Shown here: in pieces, positions 54,401 through 60,400 of the stretch
Layout: the number at the start of each line of letters is the position of its first letter
Position numbering within the stretch: the first letter of the stretch is position 1
From: Phoronis australis
Taxonomy: Eukaryota; Animalia; Phoronida
Direction of reading: 5' to 3'
NCBI GenBank assembly: GCA_002633005.1
Contig: NMRA01000019.1
Coordinates: 1,287,282 to 1,351,281 of the forward strand
Length of the DNA: 64,000 nt
The notes under the pieces: generated by a model
Seen by the model: the letters and a program-made list of their open reading frames with translations, nothing else
What the model was told of the DNA's origin: nothing
Databases searched by the model: none
Translations under genes and position numbers: made by a program

Positions 54401-57400
54401 TAAAGAAATGCAAAAAAAAACAAAAATCTATCAAGGAATTCTGACGATACAGAGCTAAACATAAAAACTAAAATTCTCACAAAAGGGCACAGCAGTAACC
54501 GCATCAGGCTGACAACCTTCGTCAGCTTCACAGGATTACATCTGCCAAATTACACAAAGATCACCAATAGGGGGTGGCACAGTAGTTACGGCATCCGAAA
54601 ATCAATAACAACCATAATCTTCTCGTCAGGAATACATCTTCCAATTTTCATAATGATCCTTCAAGTTGAAAAGTGAATAGTGAATAGATACCAAAAACAG
54701 ACTTGAAAAAAATAATAAAACTGGCCACTAGGTAGCACAGAATATGTTTGATGCATCCAAAAATGGAAAGCTATTGTCGTCTCCTTTAATTTGTCAATTT
54801 CATAAAATTACATCCAGGAGCTCTGAAGATGCAAAAGGAAAAAAATACCCCCAGAGGGCACAGTGGTAGTCACATAGCTCTGAAATTTGTCTTCAGTTGT
54901 CATCAGCTCATTGAGATTCTGCAGGGGTTTAAGAGATACAGCAGTGGATGTCGGACGCTCTGACACCGTGACGGCTATGTGCACCAGTGGGTGCATATAA
55001 AGGTATCAAACCACTCAACTTTCATTCCTCCAATTCAATAAGAATGACAAGAGTAGCATGTGAATGATAACCCATACAGCTCTAACTACTGCCACAACCA
55101 AGAGTTAAGATGATGCATTTCATTAGGACCATTTTGTCCCATTTATCAATCATCTTGTATGGCTTCATAACATCAGTTTGTAGCAACCAAAATACCACGG
55201 CAAAGCTGACATAGCCAGCTCTATAACTAAGGACTGCCTGTGAACAGATAGTCACAGGTTAATGGCAAGAAAAAAAACATGGATAACTGTATCCAAGGGC
55301 ATAACAGTCAGAATTTCATGACAAGGTGGTTTTTAACATTTAATCATGGCCTACTATGAAATTTCTACACCCAACTCCCACATCCCAAACCACCATAAAT
55401 CTCCAGGTGAACTCACCGTGATATCATTGATAAATTTGTATACCAGCACAGCCTGAAACCGACCCACTCTGAGTCGAAGGCTGAAGTCAAGGGATGGAAG
55501 CCTGTTATTGGAAGCTGAGGGAATGGCAGGCTTGTTGTATGTCACAAACTTGGCATCAAACACGTTGTCATCTTTCAAGTCAAGAATCTGAGAAAATAAC
55601 ACAATAAATAAATATAGAAATACACCATGTTTTAATAAACATGAATTAACATTTAGACATGGCATAATGACATAACCTTTTAATTCCATTCAAAATACTG
55701 ACTGCCAGTTTATTTATGTACAGTTCCAGACTCTGGTAAAATGACATTGCTCTTTATGCCCTCCTAGAAACCAGTGATTTATTAAGGACACCACTCAGAA
55801 TAAACAACCTCAATAAATAAATAAATAACTGAATAAAAGTAAAATGTAATAAATAATAAACAGATGCTTTCACCTCACTATATACAGCATCTTCTGACAA
55901 GTCGTTCACGCTGATATCCTGCAGTACGGCTGTGATGATATTTCTCGTCTTCTTACTGATGAACCGGAAATCCAACCCTAGACAGTGACATCAGATACTC
56001 AGATAACCAATTATGTACTAGACGGCATGATGTCAATTCATAACACTTTGAAAGTTGCGCACGGACGTCTTACGCCATGTCAATAGCCCGTTTTGTCCCA
56101 AACTGGTGTCAAGGTGGAAGCAATCCGTTGAATAGTGCTCTTGTTAACCCCAACAATTAGGACATCGCCTTGCAATACCAAGCAGACACAATGGGGTTCC
56201 TGATTGAATTGAAGTCCGAGTACGTCATGTAAATGACAGCAGAAGCAGTACATGTTTGCCCGAATGTAGGATTACATAACCTTTCACTGGTAATGATAAT
56301 ATTAAATGAAAGATGTCTTTTGGAACCAAAAATCCATACCTTGAGGTTGTCGGTGTACAGGCGTTTCACCCAAACCTCACGGACTTGGTTCACCACGAGG
56401 TGTGCCCTCTTTTGTTTTGGAATAAAACAATAAAAACAACAAGGGGATTCCCTAATGTTAGGGGGAATCCCGTAGCAGGTCCGAGTACACTACAGAAAGA
56501 TCAAGTCCAGGATATAGCTCTGTTTAGACGAAACAGATGTACACATACAACCTCAAGGTAAGGCTTTTCAGTTCCAAAAGGGATCTTTATTTAATATTAT
56601 CATCATTAAAATGGAACCCAGAAATATACATAGTCTCATGTCAGTGATAATGTTACATAAGGGTTAACAGACAGCTTCCCTTACCTCTCACTTCTACTAC
56701 AGCTATGTCTTCCTCAGCATTGCATAGCTTCACATCAAGAGTTCCCAGCTGAGCCACTAGGTGGAGTTGTGATCCACTAGTCTGGAATTCTGTGAATAAG
56801 AACTTAGATCTATGGAATGCACATCACAAAATCAGAACATACAACACTAGGGAATCCCGAGATAGGACACAAATTACAACCATCAAAAGCAGATATAAGA
56901 AAGAAAAGGTAACAGTGATGTAAGCAAACATACTGAAAGCAGAGTTACCTTTAACAGGTGATACAGGTGTGGAGTCCGGTGTGTCAATACTTTCTCCAGG
57001 TGCAGGTGATGACTCTAACATGGGGACAGTCGACGACTTGCTCTGGTCTTCAATACTAGATGGAAATCACTTAAAATCTAGTCATCAGCAATAAACCAAT
57101 TCCTAAATATTATCTTCATTTTTAAGATTCTAGTGAAGAACAATTCAAGTTGGGCATTGCTCAACATTGAATGGTCAGGGAAGAAAAAAACTTTGTATAG
57201 GCTAAACACACATTTGATGACCATGTGATGAAAACACTGTCTTGTTGTTAACAGTTACACAATTGCAAGCATTATCTTGTTAATTCCATTCAAAGGCTTC
57301 AACAGCACTAATGTTTAATGACCTCCCCTGTTCCTACAGACAACTCATAATTAAAATTAAATACAACACAGGAAGATGGCCAAAACGAAAATGTATCTTG

Positions 57401-60400
57401 AAAAATTTTAGTTTACAATACCGAACAGCAAGATTATGAAAAAAGATCAATTTAGACTTTGTACCGTTTCAACAACGCTTGTCCATAGTTGAGTAGGTAG
57501 ACAGCTGCTTGACGATCAAAGACCAAGCTCAGCTTGCTGAGTTTGAGCAGGGCACCCTGGGAAATACTTTTGTAAATAGTCTCGAAATCGGGGCAGTCTG
57601 CACTGACCTGAAGCAAAAATATAAATCATATAACTCTAAACATGTTATTTTTATTGGTTTATAGAATGTTTTACTATTTTTTTAATTGAATTTATTAGTC
57701 CATCAGCACCAAAGTTCACTTCAATTTTTACCATATCACAAATTATAGTTGACAACTTAAACCATAATATTTAGCTAACCAAAATAAATATACAAAAAGT
57801 TTACAATCTAAAACTGAGGAATACTGAAACAGAGAGAGTAGTTAAAACAATACGTTACATAAAATTACAACAAAAGTAGCAGGTGGAATGCGTTTCTTTG
57901 AATTATGGAATGCAAGAACTGCTGTAAGAAACAAGCCTCATTATCATGTCTGTTACATTTCTCCTACCTGTCTGTAAGTGAGATGTATGAGATCGTCTTC
58001 AGATGTGGAACTAAGTAGCTCTAAGTACTGACCACTGGTTACTGGAAAAGAAAATAATGTTCTGTCAATGCATCTGAAAGCAAGACAACTGCAGTTTTTA
58101 CAGGATAGAAAATTTCAGCATTTCAGTTTGGTATGTAATAGAAAAGCAATGCTTTGAAATAGATACATAATGTCTGTGTGGTAATTAAATGAATTTTCAT
58201 TCTACAGGGTTGTACAAACTCATCTATTTGTAAAGTCCTGTGATATGCGCAGTGACTTCTAGCAGTAAGTATTCACACTGAGCAAGGTTTTAACCATAGT
58301 ACCTTATAAGCTAAAACTTTCTGCCCTTTTCTATACTTTCAAATAATTATTCAAAAGAACTAAAGTTTGTTCAATTAACTTCAAACTCTTTTACAAAAAC
58401 TCAAATTTCATTAAAAACACGACTACACTTTTTGTTTGCAAACCTGATACTGGTACGCTCGTGACGTACCAGTATCAAGCTTGCAAACAAAAAGTCTAGT
58501 CGTGTTTTTAAGGAAGTTTTTGTAAACAAAGGGCTGCTACCAAACTATACCAAAAACTCAAATACAACAAAATACATTAATCATTTTTTAAGGAATAAAA
58601 ACTACAGTGTGATTTGTGGAGACCAGAAATCCAAAAGAGAATATTCCATGATGAAGTTCAACTGAAAAAATCTGGAAACCAATTTAGTTATAACATAACA
58701 GCTCCTTTCTCAGCCAATCACGTACCAGTGTGCAGTTTATCTACCAGCCTGACTCCGCCCAGTTTAGCTTGAACAGCCAATCCAAAGGTGGTGACAGCAA
58801 TGTCTGACTGCAGTCTGTTGACCCACATCTGCAGGTAGGGCTCATCATGACGTGGCTGAAACTTGGACAACTGGATAAGCACCTCATGAACTTTAACCCG
58901 TACCAAGACAGTGACTATATTAGTCGTTGAGCTATGGTCATCAACCGAGGGCAATTCAAATGCTCTGTAAGAAAATATTAAATGATACACGAGATGACAG
59001 AAGAGTTACTTCAGACAACAAAACAAATAACATGGCAACATTTACACTTTAATACACATGATTGTCTGATTGTGCATCCACAATTTTCCCAGTTTTCACT
59101 TTATGTTAGACACATTACCACTAAATGTAACAATTTCCAGTAGTGAGTTGAAAAGCATGGATTATCCACAAACACTGTACCAGTGACTTGAGACTTAAGT
59201 CAGAAATTTAGTCTTACACTCCACACAACACAATTTTTTAAAAACAAATCTCACTCAGAAATTTTCTATAAAACATTTCTACACTGTGATGCGCTCACAA
59301 TTTCTTGGCTAAACTTTTATTCCGTTTGGAACATAACATTTCAGTGATAAGACATACATCATCAACAGGCAACTCAGTGATGGTAATGCTCTAAGTTTCT
59401 CTTACCTAGCCCACTCATCAATGTCTTCATCTGAATGATCAGATGCTGAGTAGTAATGCTCAGATTCTGGAAAGAAAAGGAGAATAATAAACAACAAACT
59501 GCACACTTCTATTTTTATGAAAGTTAGTGCTAACTTAAAGTCAACATAAAACTAAGTTCCATCAAAGAGACTAGCTTTTCATTCGATTAATTACTACAAA
59601 ACTGTAAATCCATTATGGGTTGGGTTATTAAAAAAGCTTGGGGATAATAAAACAGTTTTCTATGATTTATAACCATCGCCAAAAGTCTAAGCCACTAGGT
59701 GGGCCAGTCACTCCCTCCAAGCACCAAAATGTCTGCATGGTTTAACCTGGTTCCTTACCCATAGATGAACTGGTGTCTGGGATTGGAAAGAATATTACTA
59801 GAAACCATGTTCAGCACATGAAATGACCCATGACCAATGACCTGCTGTCACAAGTCAACCAGCTGATCTTACCCTTTACCAATAACAAACCACCAGTTCT
59901 TTCCAAGTCCAAAGATCAACTTAATTCCATCAAGGAAAAAATAGAGACCAATTTCACAACCAAACCAAAACACTTTCCACAGACGGTAGGTTATAACAAC
60001 TTAAGTTAAAATGAAATGTCGTGATTTATTCGGCTCAAGATGTTTATCCACGGTAATTCCTCACTTATTTCATGCAAAAATAATTGTCAAACTTCTAAAT
60101 TATTTTTTGTTTTTCAAAGGCTGATTATCATGCTTCAAATACAGAACAAAATTTTGCCAAACGTTGTTTGATGACATCTACACAGAACAAACACTAAGCC
60201 AGTAATAGATTAAAATTTTCTAAATTAAATTTTTTACTTTTATTTAGAAATTGGACAAAATAAAATTGAAGCTTTCTGTCATATGGAGTGGTTAAGAGGT
60301 GAAGAGCTGCCATATTCTGTTTAATGTACTGTATTTCAACAGTGAATTTAAGAGTGAAAGATGAGGTAAAACGCTACTTGTAATATATTCTAAGTGTCAT

